Below, one piece after another: positions 1 to 13,897 of a stretch of 64,000 nt of DNA. Where the stretch lies: NCBI RefSeq assembly GCF_009914755.1, contig NC_060926.1; one strand, written 5' to 3'. Both the position numbers and the translations under genes were made by a program. How positions within the stretch are numbered: the stretch's first letter is position 1; each line of letters starts with the position of its first letter. The stretch comes from the human T2T-CHM13v2.0 reference genome, Homo sapiens. The notes beneath the pieces were generated by a model, which saw only the letters and a list, made by a program, of their open reading frames with translations, made no database searches and was not told the origin of the DNA.

Positions 1-309
1 CTTGCAGTGTGTTTACATAATATTTCAAGTATATTTTTATTTAATTATTCAATGTGTATAACAAGTGTATTGTTTTGTATTATAAACAAAAATCAACAAG
101 CCAAAATATTAGACGAAGATTATCAACATTTATTAACCTTTAGTAAGAAATCACCAGATATATGTTAGATACTCATCAAGTTCCCAGAACTACATATGGC
201 ATATAAAGAACCATAAGATCTAGGTTCTTTCTTCAGGAAGTTCACCGCATGAGTGACTAAACTAGTTGCACATGTCTGAGAATAAAAGTTTAGAAGTAAA
301 GACCATACT

Positions 310-1860
310 TTCACTCAGATCAAGATGGAGTAAAAGGGACTAGATTGATCTTTTCATCTAAAACAACTACACAACAGCAAAATATAGTAAACAACACTTT
401 TCAACACATTGCACATCAGGAAATGAAAGGCAGTGATTCCTGGGTAATAGGAAATACTGGGTGCATCCCATGGCATCCACCGTTTACCAGAGAGAGATTA
501 TAGGTAGCAGCACACACAGGACAGAAACAGAGCCCAGAGAACTCCATGAATAAAAGTTACGGGAAGTGAAAGTTATGGGTGGCTATATCTCACTGGGCAG
601 AGGGTCAAGAGTTGACAGTTCAGCAGAGGGAACTGTGGGTATCTGAAAAGAGTCATCCTGGAGCATTCAGTCAAGTACTGATAAGTGCGTGCACATGTGT
701 GCGAGCCAACTCCTCCAGGCTGGTGAAAGAACCACAGGAAAGAATTAGAGAGGAGAGTCCCCAAGTTCACACGGGTCCAGAAATCATGCCTGTTAACACC
801 AACCAGATTCAAATATTTAATTCAAATTCTAATTCATGAGACTCTGAGTACTCTGCAGGGTCTGCCTTAGCAGTGGGGAACTATTAACCTAGACTAAATA
901 AACTTTGTTCTAGTCTTCTCTAACAAATCGTAAAAGCCAAGCCTGAAAGGAGAAAACTGTTTCAAACTAGCTTAACTGTCAATAATTTTTTATGAGAATA
1001 TAAAAATGTATACCAGCAAAGTACTATGCAAGGAAAATATAAAAAGGAAGAAAATTCTCAAATCAATGACTTTTGCTTTCACTTTAAGAAACTAGAAGAA
1101 AAGCAACTTAAAGTAATAAAAGGAAGAAACTAAAGAAGGGAAATTTAAAAAAATAGAAGACAGAAAAACAATAGAGCGAAATCAGTAAAACTAAAAACTG
1201 GGTTTTTTATGTCAATAAAATGGTTAATACATCATGATAAAATTAGGTTTGTCCCAGGAATACAACCTGATTCAATATTAAAAAATCATTCAGCATAATT
1301 CACCATAATAGCTGACTAAAGAAGAAAACTCATATACATGTCCCAATACGTGCAGAAAAACCATTTGATAAGATATGGCTTCTATTATTGACAAAAACTC
1401 AAAAAATATGAATAGAAATATAACGAGGCACAAAACAGGGGTGATCACTCTCACTACTTCTATTTAACATTATCCTGGAGTTTCTAACTAGTATAATAAG
1501 GCAAAAATAAATAAATAAATAAAATAAAAAGAATCTACATGGGAAAAGAGAAGTCAAACTGTATTTATTTGCAGGTGACTAAATCTTCTACATAAAAAAA
1601 CATTTAACAGAATCTACAACAAATGCTGCTAGAATGAATAAATTAATTTAGTAAAATTGCAGGATACCAGGCTGTTATTAAAAAATCAATTGTATTTCTG
1701 TATACTAGCTATGAACAATTGGAAATTGAAATAGGAAATAACTATTTACAATAGCCTCTACAAATATAAAATATTTAAATATGAAAACATGTACAAGAAT
1801 CTGAAAACTATAAAACATTGCTAAGAGAAATTAACAAAATCCTAAATAAAGAGACGTATG
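310..1860 (+). mobile_element. Old L1M (LINE-1) fragments: 5' region followed by ORF2 pieces
   Basis: caagatggagtaa-type 5' start near 320; A-rich decayed ORF2 motifs from ~1020 (e.g. gcagaaaaaccatttgataa, tgtatttctgtatactagc). Confidence 0.6.
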
Positions 1861-1955
1861 GAGAAGAAGAAGTATAATATATATGTGTCATTTATCATCT
1901 TTACAATCTTTAAGTGCACAATTCAGTGGTAATAAAAACATTTATATTCCTTTAA

Positions 1956-2151
1956 TAACTTTTAAGTTCAGGGGTATATGTGCAGGTTTGTTATGTAGGT
2001 AAATTTGTATCACAGGGGTATTAACTTTTAAATTCAGGGGTATATGTTCAGGTTTGTTATATAGGTAAATTTGTATCACAGGGGTATTAACTTTTAAGTT
2101 CAGGGATATATGTGCAGGTTTGTTATACGGGTAAATTTGTATCACAGGGGT
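1956..2151. repeat. 66-bp tandem triplication at the L1 3' end
   Basis: Units start at 1956, 2022 and 2088 (taacttttaagttcaggggtatatgtgcaggtttgttat...cacaggggt). Confidence 0.95.
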
Positions 2152-3761
2152 TCACTGTACAGATTGTTTCATCCCTCAGGGATTTAGTACCCACTGATTA
2201 TTTTCATTATTTTTCCTGATCCTCTCGCTCCTCTCACCCTCTGCCCTCCAGTGGGTCCCAGTGTCTATTGTTCTCCTCTATATGTCCACGTGTTCTCATC
2301 ATTTAGCTTCCAATTATAAGTGAGAACATGTGATAATTGGTTTTCTGTTTCTGCATTAGTTTGCTAAAGATAATGTCCTCTAGCTCCATCCATATTTCTA
2401 CAAAGGACAAGATCTTGTTATTTTTTATGGTTGCATGGTATTCCATGGTATAAATACAGCACATCTTCTTTACCCAGTCTACCATTGATGGGCATTAGGT
2501 CGATTCCATGTCTTTGCTATTGTGAGTAGGGCTGTAATTAACATCCATGTGCATGTATCTTTACAATAGAATGATTTATATTCCTTTGGGTATATACCCA
2601 GTAATGGGACTGCTGGGTCGAATGGTATCTCTATTTTTAGGCCTTTGAGAAATCATCACACTGTTTTCCACAATGGTTGAAAACATTTTTCTTTTTCTCT
2701 ACAACCTTGGCAGCATCTGTTACTTATTGACTTTTTAATAATAGCCATTCTGACTGGTGTGAGATGGTATCTCATCGTGGTTTTGATTTGCATTTCTCTA
2801 ATGATCAGTCATGTTGAGCTTTTTTTCATATGTTTTTTCACTGCATATATGTCTTCTTTAGAAAAGTGTCTGTTTATGTCCTTTGCCCACATTTTTATGA
2901 GTTTTTTTTTTTTGTAAATTTAAGTTTCTTATTAATGCTAGGTATTAGTCCTTTGTCGGACTCATAGTTTGCAAAATTTTTCTTCCATTCTGTAGGTGGT
3001 CTGTTTACCCTGCCGATAGTTTCTATGGCTGTGGAGAGCTCTTTAGTTTAATTGTATTACATTTGTCAATTTTTGCTTTTGTTGCAATTGCTTTTGGTGC
3101 CTTTGTCATAAAATCTTTGCCTGTTCCTATGTCTAGAATGGTATTGCCTAGCTTGTCTTCCAGGGTTTTTATAGTTTTGAGTTTTACATTTAATTATTTA
3201 ATGCATTTTGAGTCAGTTTTTGTATATGGTTTAAGAAAGGGGTTCAGTTTCAATCTTCTGCATATGGCTAGCTATTTATCCCAGCACCATTTATTGAATA
3301 GAGTCCTTTCCCCTTTGCTTGTTTTTGTCAGCTTTGTTGAACACCAGACAGTTGTAGGTATGCAGCCTTATTTCTGGAATCTCTATTCTGTTGCATTGGT
3401 CTATACGTCAGTTTTTGTATGAGTAACTTGCTGTTTGGTTACTGTAGCCCTGTAGTACAGTTTGAAGTCAGTTTGTGTGATTAGGACACCTTGACTATTT
3501 GGGCATTTTTTTGGTTTCATATGAATTTTAAAACCTTTTTTTTCTAGCTCTAGGAAGAATTTCAATGGTAGTTTAACCAGAATAGTATTTAATCTATAAA
3601 TTGCTTTAGGTAGTATGGCCATTTTTAAAATATTGATTATTCGTATCCATGAGCATGGAATGTTTTTCCATTTACTTGTGTCACCTCCGACTTCATTGAG
3701 CAGTGTTTTGTAGTACTCCTTGCAGAGATCTTTCACCTCACTGGTTAGCTGTATTATTAGG

Positions 3762-3762
<1 letters not shown>

Positions 3763-3812
<50 letters not shown>
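3763..3812. repeat. (TG)25 microsatellite
   Basis: Perfect dinucleotide run within the L1. Confidence 0.98.
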
Positions 3813-3814
<2 letters not shown>

Positions 3815-4128
3815 TGTTGCAATTGTGAATGGGACTGCATCTCTGATTTGGTTGTTGGTTTGGTAGTTGTTAGTGTACAGGAATCCTGGTAATTTGTGTA
3901 CATTGGTTTTTGTATCCTGGGACTTTGCTGAAATTGTTTATCAGCTTAAGAAGCTTTTGGGCTGAGACTATGGTGTTCTCTAGATATAGAATCATATTGT
4001 CTGCAAACAAGGATATTTTGATTTCCTCTTTCACTTGGATGCCCCTTCTTTCTTTCTCTTGCCTGATTGCTCTGCCCAGGACTTCCAATACTATATTGAA
4101 AAGGGTTGGTGAGAGAGGGCATCCTTGT

Positions 4129-4505
4129 TGTATTAGTACATTCTTATGCTGCTAATAAAGACATACCTGAGACTGGGTAATTTATAAAGGAAAAAAGGTT
4201 TAATTGACCCACAGTCCAGCATGGCTGTGGAGGCCTCAGGAAACTTACAATAATGGCAGAAGGGGTAGCAAACACGTTCTTCTTAATATGGCAGCAGCGA
4301 GGAGAAGTGCAGAGCAAAGAAGGGGGAAACCTCTTATAAAACCATCAGTTCTTGTGATAACTCACTCACTATCATGAGAACAGCATGGAGGTAACCATCC
4401 TCATGATTCAAGTACCTCCCACAGGGTCCCTCCCATGACACATGGGGATTATGGGAACTACATTTCAAAATGAGATTTGGGTGGAGACACAGCCAAACCA
4501 TATCA
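4129..4505 (-). mobile_element. THE1 (MaLR) solo LTR, THE1C-like, nested in L1
   Basis: tgtattag...ccaaaccatatca termini; 5-bp TSD cttgt (4124-4128) / cttgc (4506-4510); L1 sequence resumes after it. Confidence 0.92.
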
Positions 4506-6418
4506 CTTGCCTTGTGCTGATTTTCAATCGGAATGCTTCCAGCTTTTGCCTATTCAGTATGATGTTGGCTGTGGATTTGTCATAGATAGTTCTTATTATT
4601 TTGAGATATGTTCCTTTAATACCTGGTTTATTGAGGTTTGGGGTGTTGAATTTTATCAAAAGCCTTTTTTGCATCTATTGAGATAATCATGTGTTTTTTT
4701 TGTATTTAGTTCTGTGTATGTGATGAATCACCTTTATTGATTTGCATATGTTGAACCAAGCTTGCATCCGAGGGATAAAGCCTACTTGATTGTAGGATAA
4801 GCTTTTTGATGTGCTGCTGGATTCAGTTTGCTAGTATTTTCTTGAGAACTTTTGCTATCAATGTTCATCAAGGATATTGGTCCGAAGTTTTCTTTATTTG
4901 TTGTATCTCTACCAGGTTTTGGTATCAGGATGATGCTGGCCTCATGGAATGAGTTGTTGAAGATTCCCTCCTCCTCAATTTTTTTGTACTAATTTCAGCA
5001 GGAATGGTACCAGCTTATTTTTATACATTTGGTAGACTTTGGCTGTGAATCATCTGGTCCTGGGTTTTTTTTGGTTGGTGGGCTATTTATTACTTTTCCA
5101 TTTCAGAGCTAATTATTGGTCTGCTCAGGGATTCAATTTTTTTCCTGGCTCAATCTTGGGAGGGTATATGTGTCCAGGAATTAATCTATTTATTCTCGAT
5201 TTTCTAGTGTGTGTGCACAGAGGTGCTCATAATATTCTCTGATGGTTATTTCTATTTCTGTGGGGTCAGTGGTAATATCTCCTTTCTCATTTCTAATTGT
5301 TTATTTGGATCTTTTCTCACTTCTTCTTTATTAATTTAGCCAGTGGTCTATCTAGTTTATTAATTTTTTTTTCAGAAAACCAGCCCCTGGTTTCATTTGG
5401 AACAAATCTGTGCCTTCCTGTTATGTAATATAGGAAGTAATTCCTTCCTTTTATGGATAAATTATATGGGTGGAGGCACTGTGGCATACTTAGAATGAAG
5501 AAATGGGCCTTCTGCCTTACCAAATTCCAAGCCAAGAGAGCTTGGTAATCAGTATCCACTTTAGAACTATAGACTTTTGTGATTTCCGCTTGCAGAGTTG
5601 TTCTAATTTTTTGTATTTTAAAATCAAATTAAATAGCCTAAATATAATTTTTTAAATAAAGGTATCGATTTGATTATTTGGCCTCAGTATTAATATTCCA
5701 AACAGGACTCACTGGGTTACTTTTCCCTGTAATCAGGAAAAAAAAAAAAAAGAAACTTTTACAGGAATGATTACTGCAAAGGAATGGTAATCAAGAAATA
5801 AATATTTAGCAAAATAAACAAAAATTAATGCATATAATGATTCTAGCCAATAAGAGAATTATACAAAGTATTTAGTAAGTACTTATACATAGTATTCATT
5901 TAATTCTTAAGATCATTTAGGTAGGCAAGTATTATTGCAAATTGTATTCAGATATGAAGAGACGGGCTTGGAGAGATTTTGCAACTTGCCAACAGTGATA
6001 CACCTCATTAATGTAGGATCTGGAACTTGATATAAGGTTTAACTCCAAATTATAACAGCAAATGTATCAAGCTTACATGCCAGTTACTAATTTAAGTGTT
6101 TTACTAATAAACTGTGAGGAAGACATAATCTTCTTTACATGTATGAGAAAGTTTAAACACAGAGAAATTAGGTAACCTGGCCAAAGTGGCAAAGTTGCAC
6201 CCAGTGTTCACATTGTTAACCATCTTCTTATTTCATCTCCATATCCCAACCCCCTCCTTTTGCCACACATCGCCTCCTTAGGAATTAATATACTCTAACA
6301 TTAAAACATTTAGCAACTACTGAAATTGGCATAGTTTGGAGAAAACAGATAATTTAAGGAATATGATAATTAAAAGAATACCACATCTCTCTCCCTCATC
6401 CTCTATCAAAATATAAAT

Positions 6419-6809
<391 letters not shown>

Positions 6810-6899
6810 CTAAATTAACTGCTAATTACCCTCCCATATGAGCAATCACTTCCATTTTTTTTCAGAATATATAAGTAATTTCTGTTTTATGAATCAATA

Positions 6900-7055
6900 T
6901 TTATCAAACTTCAACATGCATCTGAATCACTTTGAGATGTTGTTGAAATTCAGACTTGGATTCACTAGGTCAGGTATTGACCCTGAGATTCCGCATTTCT
7001 CAGAAGCTTCCAGATGCCAATGATGCTGATTCAGGGACTCACTTTGGGTAGCTGA
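6900..7055. mobile_element. MER5A-like hAT-Charlie relic
   Basis: catgcatctgaatcac...ctgagattccgcatttct...gatgctgat...cactttg...tagc resembles the MER5A consensus. Confidence 0.6.
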
Positions 7056-7637
7056 GAATTTTAAAATAAAGAAAAGTGGGAAAATAAACAAAATAATAAT
7101 CTTGCCACAGAGATATATAAGTATTCACCAATTTGGACTAGAAATTTATATTTCTTTCCTTTTTTACCTTACAAATTGGTATCAAATGTATGCTTTTGTA
7201 TTCAATTAAAAGTGAGTTGATGGGACTTCTGCTGCCAGCCAAAATGGTGTAAGCCCACTACAGCCTATCTGTCCAACTCACTGCAACTTTCTCATTGTAT
7301 CACTGTCATGGAGACGAGAAAAGAAAAGCAGTAATGGAAAGTTGAGTAGCAGCACATAGAAGGACAGGAGCAAAGTAAAATACTATTTTTACTGTCACTG
7401 TTTATGTTTTGTTTTCCCTACTTTGCATCTGGTGCTGCCCAGTAAATGAAACAGCTGTCAACACGCTAGGTGCGCCTTTGCTACTTACTCTCAAAGGGTA
7501 TAGTTTCAATGTCCCTTTTAGTTCCCATTAGTTTCCCAAATTCACACAGAGATCATGGGGAGATGGTGGCGGCCTTGCATTAGCTCTGCAAGCATACAGC
7601 GGGGCCTAGCATCGGCTGTAGTGTTGTGAGTTGTTGT

Positions 7638-7876
7638 TGTTTTTTTTTTCAATACTTTAAGTTCCGGGGTACATGTGCAGAACGTGCAGTTTTGTTACAT
7701 AGGTATACACGTGCCATGGTGGCTTGCTGCACCCATCAACCCGTCACCTAGATTAGGTATTTCTCCTAACACTCTCCCTTCCCTAGCCCCCACCCTCTGA
7801 CGGGCCCCGATATGTGATGTTCCCCTCCTTGTGTCCATGTGTTCTCATTGTTCAACTCCTGCTTATGAGTAAGAAC
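7638..7876 (-). mobile_element. Short 5'-truncated L1PA7-like 3' end
   Basis: Poly(T) followed by reverse L1PA 3'UTR; 12-bp TSD gtgagttgttgt at 7626-7637 and 7877-7888. Confidence 0.93.
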
Positions 7877-8589
7877 GTGAGTTGTTGTGAGTTTTGAGGC
7901 CTTTGCACTGCACCTGCTCAAATGACCTGGCTGCACTCAAGATTTTTAAAAACCTGGATTGAAAATTGCAACCCCATAGGAGTATTTTGGCATTGAACTG
8001 GGGGGTTTCTTCATCTGTTTTCTTTTCTAAGCGCTTCACTTCATTACCCACTGCTATGCAGATGGTTTGTCCAACTTCTTTGTCTTTTCCTCCTAGGGGA
8101 AAGAGCACAGTACTCAAAGTGACAGGCGCTGGAGCACTACAAAGTACCCTAAGTTGTGAGTAAAATAAAATTTTAACCTGAAAAAAGCAAATATCCCCAA
8201 ACTTCAACCTTTTTAGAGAGGAAAGGAAAATGTCTACCTTTATCTGTAATATATTAGAACATCCCATTTTACAAAATGACAAGAGAGTTCTTTCTTAAGT
8301 TCTCTTGTGCTTAGAAAAATTTTATCAATGTAAGTGCAGGACACACTGCTGTAAAACAGTGATTTTCACATCACTGTCAGTCCTCCAAACACACACACAC
8401 ATGCAAACAAACACGCACTGGAGGCTTGGAAAACTAATGCAGAAGTTTATCCTATTGGAAATCTGAAACGACTGCTAATACCTAGTAAGTACACAGATTA
8501 AATATAGTATTTCTCGTTTGGATTTCTTTAGAGATAGCATGTCATTTCCTAGTCAGTATTTCAGGAATATAAAAAGTCATCTGTAATAG

Positions 8590-8960
8590 TATTATGAACT
8601 GAGTGTTTGTGTCCCCTTCCCGCAAATTCAGGTGTTGAAGCCCCAGTATGATGATAATTGGAGGTGGGGCCTTTAGAGGTAATTAGGCTTAGACAAAGTC
8701 ATGTAGGTGGGGCCCCAGTGATGTAATTAATGTCCTTATAAGTAGAGGAAGAGAAATGAGAGCCCTTTCTCTCTGTCATGTGAGGACACAGCAAGAAAGC
8801 AGCTGTCTGAAAGCCAGGAAGCGGTAAAGCCATCACTAGACCCTCATCATGCTGACACCTTGAACTCACATTTTCCAGCCCCCAGAATTGTGAGAAATAA
8901 ATCTCTGTTGTTTAAGCCACCCAGTCTATGGCATTTTATTGTAGCAGCCTGAGCTAAAAG
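8590..8960 (+). mobile_element. MLT1A-like MaLR solo LTR
   Basis: Characteristic ...ttggaggtggggccttt...gtgagaaataaatctctgttgtttaagccacccagtctatgg...gcagcctgagctaa. Confidence 0.85.
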
Positions 8961-11198
8961 CCACACTTTGAGATTTACAGCTGCTTTAAATTTTAGTAAA
9001 TATATATTTTTAAAATCAGTATGAAGGACAGATTGCTTGCTATGAGAGTGTAAAAATAATAACTGCTCTGGTATGCCATCTAAGATTGTCCTGGGAAAGG
9101 GAAGGGCAAATAAGCAAAGAGGAGGGGGACTGGGAAGAAAGGACTTTGACAGAGGGAATATTTGGTGCAAAATCCAACAACAACAGGGAGCATGAAGTGC
9201 TGGGAAACTGAACAAAGGCTAAGTGAGTATGACTCTCCCTCAGACATCTGAGAAGGGCACAGGCCTGATGAGAAAGGCAGGAAGGGCTAATATATAACAC
9301 ATTCCTTTCTACAGGCTATGGTTTGTGATTCTGAGTTTTATTCTGAAAGCAGCGGTCAGCTATTAACATTTTTAAAGCAGGTTAATGTCATTATTGGTTT
9401 GTAGTTTTAAAGATTCTGCCTCTGCTGTACAGACTAGCTTAGATAAGAACCAAAAGAGTTTCAGAGAGACCAGTCAAGATCCAGAACATTCATCCAAAGT
9501 ATAATACTTCTGATATTTTGAGTAAGAGAGAAAAGTGAAGAACCCAATTAATACAGCAGTATGTACAAATGAAAGACTCCCTAAATCACATTTTACCAGA
9601 ATTCATGAGTTTTCATCCTTTTTAATTATCAGTAAGAGCTAACATTTCATGGATGCTTTTAATGCACAGGAAGTATATGTATTTCATGTGCAATACATAA
9701 TTTAATCTACATAATAACCCCTGTGATAGATACTATTTTAAACCACATTTTACTGGTAATGACTGAAGCTTGAAGAAGTTAGCTCAAGGTCACAGATTTA
9801 CTAAGCAATCTGATACAACGTCAGACTCGAAGCATCCAAGATTTGAATTAATTTTGACTTGGTGACAGGGACTAGAGAAACTCTTTTTTGATTTATTAGC
9901 AGGTGTATATGTGCTATTTTTATAATTAAATTGATGCCCCTTCAAGTTAGGGAAGATAGTCATTTCTTTGATTTCCCTAGTATCGTATTACAGACTAATG
10001 AAACAGACCATCAACAAACATTTTTGAATCATTAAGAATGAAAATGTTGATACTTGACATAAATAAAAACAGTTATTATGGATATTCTTATGAAAAATGA
10101 CAGTTTTTCAATGTTACCACCAGAAGCCATTATAACAACCTTTTATTAACTTTAACACTAAGTCTAATAGTTTAGTTTTTACTTCTGCTGACATAGAGAG
10201 AGGAGAAAAAAATATTAAATTTAGTCCATAATTATGCACGTTGCCTTTGTAGGGTACAACAAGTTTCACTAAGAACTGAGCTAACTCCTGCCATCTCGTT
10301 TTTCATTAAATTTCATATGGAACAGAAAATGAAATCCATTAAATTACATGTTTCAATTTCCATGTTAAAACACTTCTATTAAAAGTTCATGAATGCTGCC
10401 CCTTACAAGCCTAGTCAGAGTCTTTATGTAGAGCGCAGAAGCCTTGTCATCACAAATTGCACTCTACCATGCTATATGGTAATGCACCATTATGGCATAA
10501 TTTTAAGGCACTTTTAGCTTGATCCTAGAAATGGGTTCATGTTTCAAAATGGTAATTCATGTTTCTTCACAAAACACATTTCTTGACACAGCTACTTATT
10601 CTTAAGTGTGTCGTCATAGATAAACTATGTCTATATCTATTGTCATACAGACTTGAATTTTCTTTTTTCAGGAATTCATAGTCGCTAGTCACATGCCCTT
10701 TGCATCTTGGAACTTCACTGGTGCCTTGTTGGTGAAAGCACTCAAACCAGTAAAAAATAAACCTGAATGTAAAAATATTCAGTTTCATAAACCAGACAAC
10801 ATATTTCCAACACCCAGATGCTAAATGTTAAACCAAACGATTTAAAAACCAGGAACTGGGAGGCTTCCCAAACTCCCCAACTGATTGCCTCATTGACAAG
10901 ATTATAAACAATCATTATGAGAAATGACAACTTGGTCCCTGCCATGGCTGGGTATGATAGAATGTTACTGATTTCAAAGAAATGTGGTAAATTGGTAATG
11001 TGGTAAATCAGTAACTTAAAACCAAAAAACTAAAATAAAATATTTAATATAAAATAGATTATTATATTTAACTTACCTGAGGGAGTTTGTAGAACAAATA
11101 CAAGATGCCTAAATGACACTAGTGTCTACCCAAATTTGTAAAGAACAACATTCAAAGCATTGATCTAAAATATTCCTTTATTGTGTCTATTGTGCTCT

Positions 11199-11200
<2 letters not shown>

Positions 11201-11235
<35 letters not shown>
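11201..11235. repeat. (AC)17 microsatellite; (GU)17 on the LRP1B pre-mRNA
   Basis: Perfect dinucleotide run. Confidence 0.97.
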
Positions 11236-11237
<2 letters not shown>

Positions 11238-12632
11238 CAATAAATTTCCTTAATATTGAATATTCTATTTCTTCTAATAATCTCTAAGGAAACTCTTCTA
11301 ATAGTGAAATCAACCCTCTAGATAACTACCTTCAAATAGAAAACATGATTGCCTAATTTCTATTACTCTGAGCTTCTCAGTATACCCTCAAGTCTTTAGG
11401 AAGATTGTATCAGTTAAGCCTGAAGCAAGAAATAGCTAGTGTGCTCAAATTACAATACTTTGAGGAGGGCTGAATCAAGGGACTCTTAACAAGGATTTTT
11501 GGAGAGTATAGGGACGCCATAAGTGATGGTAGAGGACCCTGGAGCTGTACATCCTTAGGTCTGAAAGGCCAATGAGCTGGAGAGGTTTTCAGAAGCCTAG
11601 AGAAGAGAGCCACATTGAGAAGAGCCACCAGCTTTCATTAAAGAGGCAGATCCTTCAGAGAGGGATTTTAAAGAATGAATCCCTTTGATTTTATGTAGAC
11701 CCTTTCTAATCTATTTATCTAACTCAACCAGAAGCCGACGGGAAAGAGAGCCAGTTTTTCTATGGGGAAGCCCCTGGAGGAAGAAACAGAAGAAGGAGGA
11801 TAGAGAAAAGATATGGAAGATACACCAGAGAGTAGTAGTGGAAAGAACTCTATTCTGAGACTCATTATTTTTCATTTTTCTTTGGATAACTCTTTTTGAT
11901 TCTTAGGACTCAGTCTCCTAATCTGTAAAATAAGATAGTGAAAAATCAATGGCTCACCTCTGCTCCCTTTCTAAGGAGAGAAAAGGTAAAATATTGCCTG
12001 AGGTCACCCAGAGGACTCATGAGAATAAATATAAACTGTGAGATTATGGAGGTGTTATAGCCACTGCTAAATGGAATCTGGGCAAGTTTTATATTTTTAT
12101 TTTCTTGCCGTTATGTATGACTGCAATTATTAAATTTATAGCTTATCAAAAATTTTGAATTAAGTACATTTAAACAGTTTGTGATTCATAAGCTGATTTG
12201 TGTCAATGAAGAGTATTTTACTTTAAAAGATGAATATATATTTTTAGTGAGTTCCTTCTACTTTGAATTCCTTTCAGACACATTCATTTTGACAGTCAAT
12301 TCAACAGTGTTTTTCTTTGGGAATCCTCCTCCAGCTGCCCAAGGTAAAATGGCTTCTTTTTCCTCTCCATATCCGGAACAGTTTTTGTATACATTCATTA
12401 GAACACTAATAGAGGATATTACAAGAGCTTTTATTTTCTCAGTCTCTCTGGAAAGACTGAAATATTTGAAACCAGTAATTGTATCTTTTTATTTTTGTAA
12501 CCCAAGTGCTTAAAACATACTTAACTTTCAATAATTATTTACTGATAGAATAGTAAATAAATGAGTGATTAAAAAAACATTTTCTTCTGCTGTATGAGTT
12601 TATTTCTTCTGCTGCTGCTGCTTCTTTTAAAG

Positions 12633-12635
12633 TGT

Positions 12636-12682
<47 letters not shown>

Positions 12683-12688
12683 TATATG
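12633..12688. repeat. Compound (TG)n/(TA)n microsatellite
   Basis: Seen directly in the sequence. Confidence 0.93.
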
Positions 12689-13897
12689 AACTACTAGCTA
12701 GGCTTTGTACTTTATTTGCGTATGTACACAAAATAAAATCTTTTCTTTGTGGAATGGTATTACCAACATTTGTATTTTACTGAAGAACTATAGACATAAT
12801 CTTCCCAGGATCAAATTCATACCTTTGATAAATATTTCAATGATTTTACTCTCTGGATCTCGCTGTCTAAATACAACTCTCCTGGATTTTTAATATTTTA
12901 GTAGAAAAAGTGAAGAGCTAGTCAAAAGAGGATATATTAAATCAAAACCTCATATGTCCACACCATTCTGAAATGCCAGTATTAATCTTTCAAATTGAGA
13001 TTCACAGACGCTCAGGAAAAAAAAAAAAACAAATATTACTTTAGATGCTAGATTACAAGTCAAAAACTATCCTGTAGTTATACATACGCATGAATATGTG
13101 TCTTTCAATGTGTTTGCATGTATGAATAACAAGGAAAGGCCAATTTAATTTGACATTCCATACATTTGAAAAAAATACAGCCTAGGACTATTAGCATGGG
13201 TGCTAGAGTCAGAGGTTTGGATTCATATCTAGCAATACCTCTTATTAGTATATATTAGTAATTGTGTTTGTCATAAGATTCTGGAAAATGTTAAATAATA
13301 TACATAAAACACTTGGCATGGCAACACAGTAAGCTCTTAATAATTGTTAGCTATAATTATTAATATTCTTGCCTGAATATTGTAGGAGTTAAATAAGTTG
13401 GTTTAGACCTGTTAAATAAGCTTTAAAATCTTAAATATTCTTTGAATCTTTATTTTTTAAAGTGTTGCAAACTAAAAAATCAACTTAAAAATTAACTTTT
13501 AGAATGGATTTTCATTTGTAAATTTAATGCTTTTTAAACTTCTGATTTTATCACATCATCAAATCTATGCTTAGAGGTAAAACTAATGTCCACTTTAGAG
13601 AAATCTTTGTGTTCCAATTTATTTTTTGCTGGCATGTCAACTGAAAAGTTCTACTAAGGGTACAAAGGTTGTTATGTCTATTTAGTAACTTTGAGGTAAA
13701 TAAAAAAGCAGAGTTTTATCTAAGCAAGTCATACGATATGGACATTGGCTGGCCCGATGCTTCTATTCACATACAATATTAAAACTGCAGCTGTTACAAG
13801 TAGATGAAGTTACCCTGATCATCTACAAGATTTTCAATTCTGGAAATCAAATAATTGTGTTTGTTTGTTGTATACATGAGGGGAGGCAGGGTGTCTC

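Larger units (their letters stand above)
1950..5395 (-). mobile_element. 5'-truncated older L1PA-type LINE-1 (3'UTR plus ORF2), sense to LRP1B
   Basis: Reverse L1 3'UTR from ~1956; ORF2 remnants translate as WKNIPCSW..., [24 protein letters not shown]. Interrupted by (TG)n and a THE1 LTR. Confidence 0.92.

Noticed and set aside
1942-2145. ORF with a 22-aa repeat
   Set aside because: It is a by-product of the 66-bp triplication in an L1 3'UTR.
7863-8282. 139-aa minus-strand ORF
   Set aside because: Non-ATG start, no recognisable domain, runs into an L1 fragment; consistent with chance.
13747-13760. ggctggcccgatg resembling a Y RNA 5' end
   Set aside because: Similarity stops after ~13 nt, with no complementary 3' stem or U-tail.
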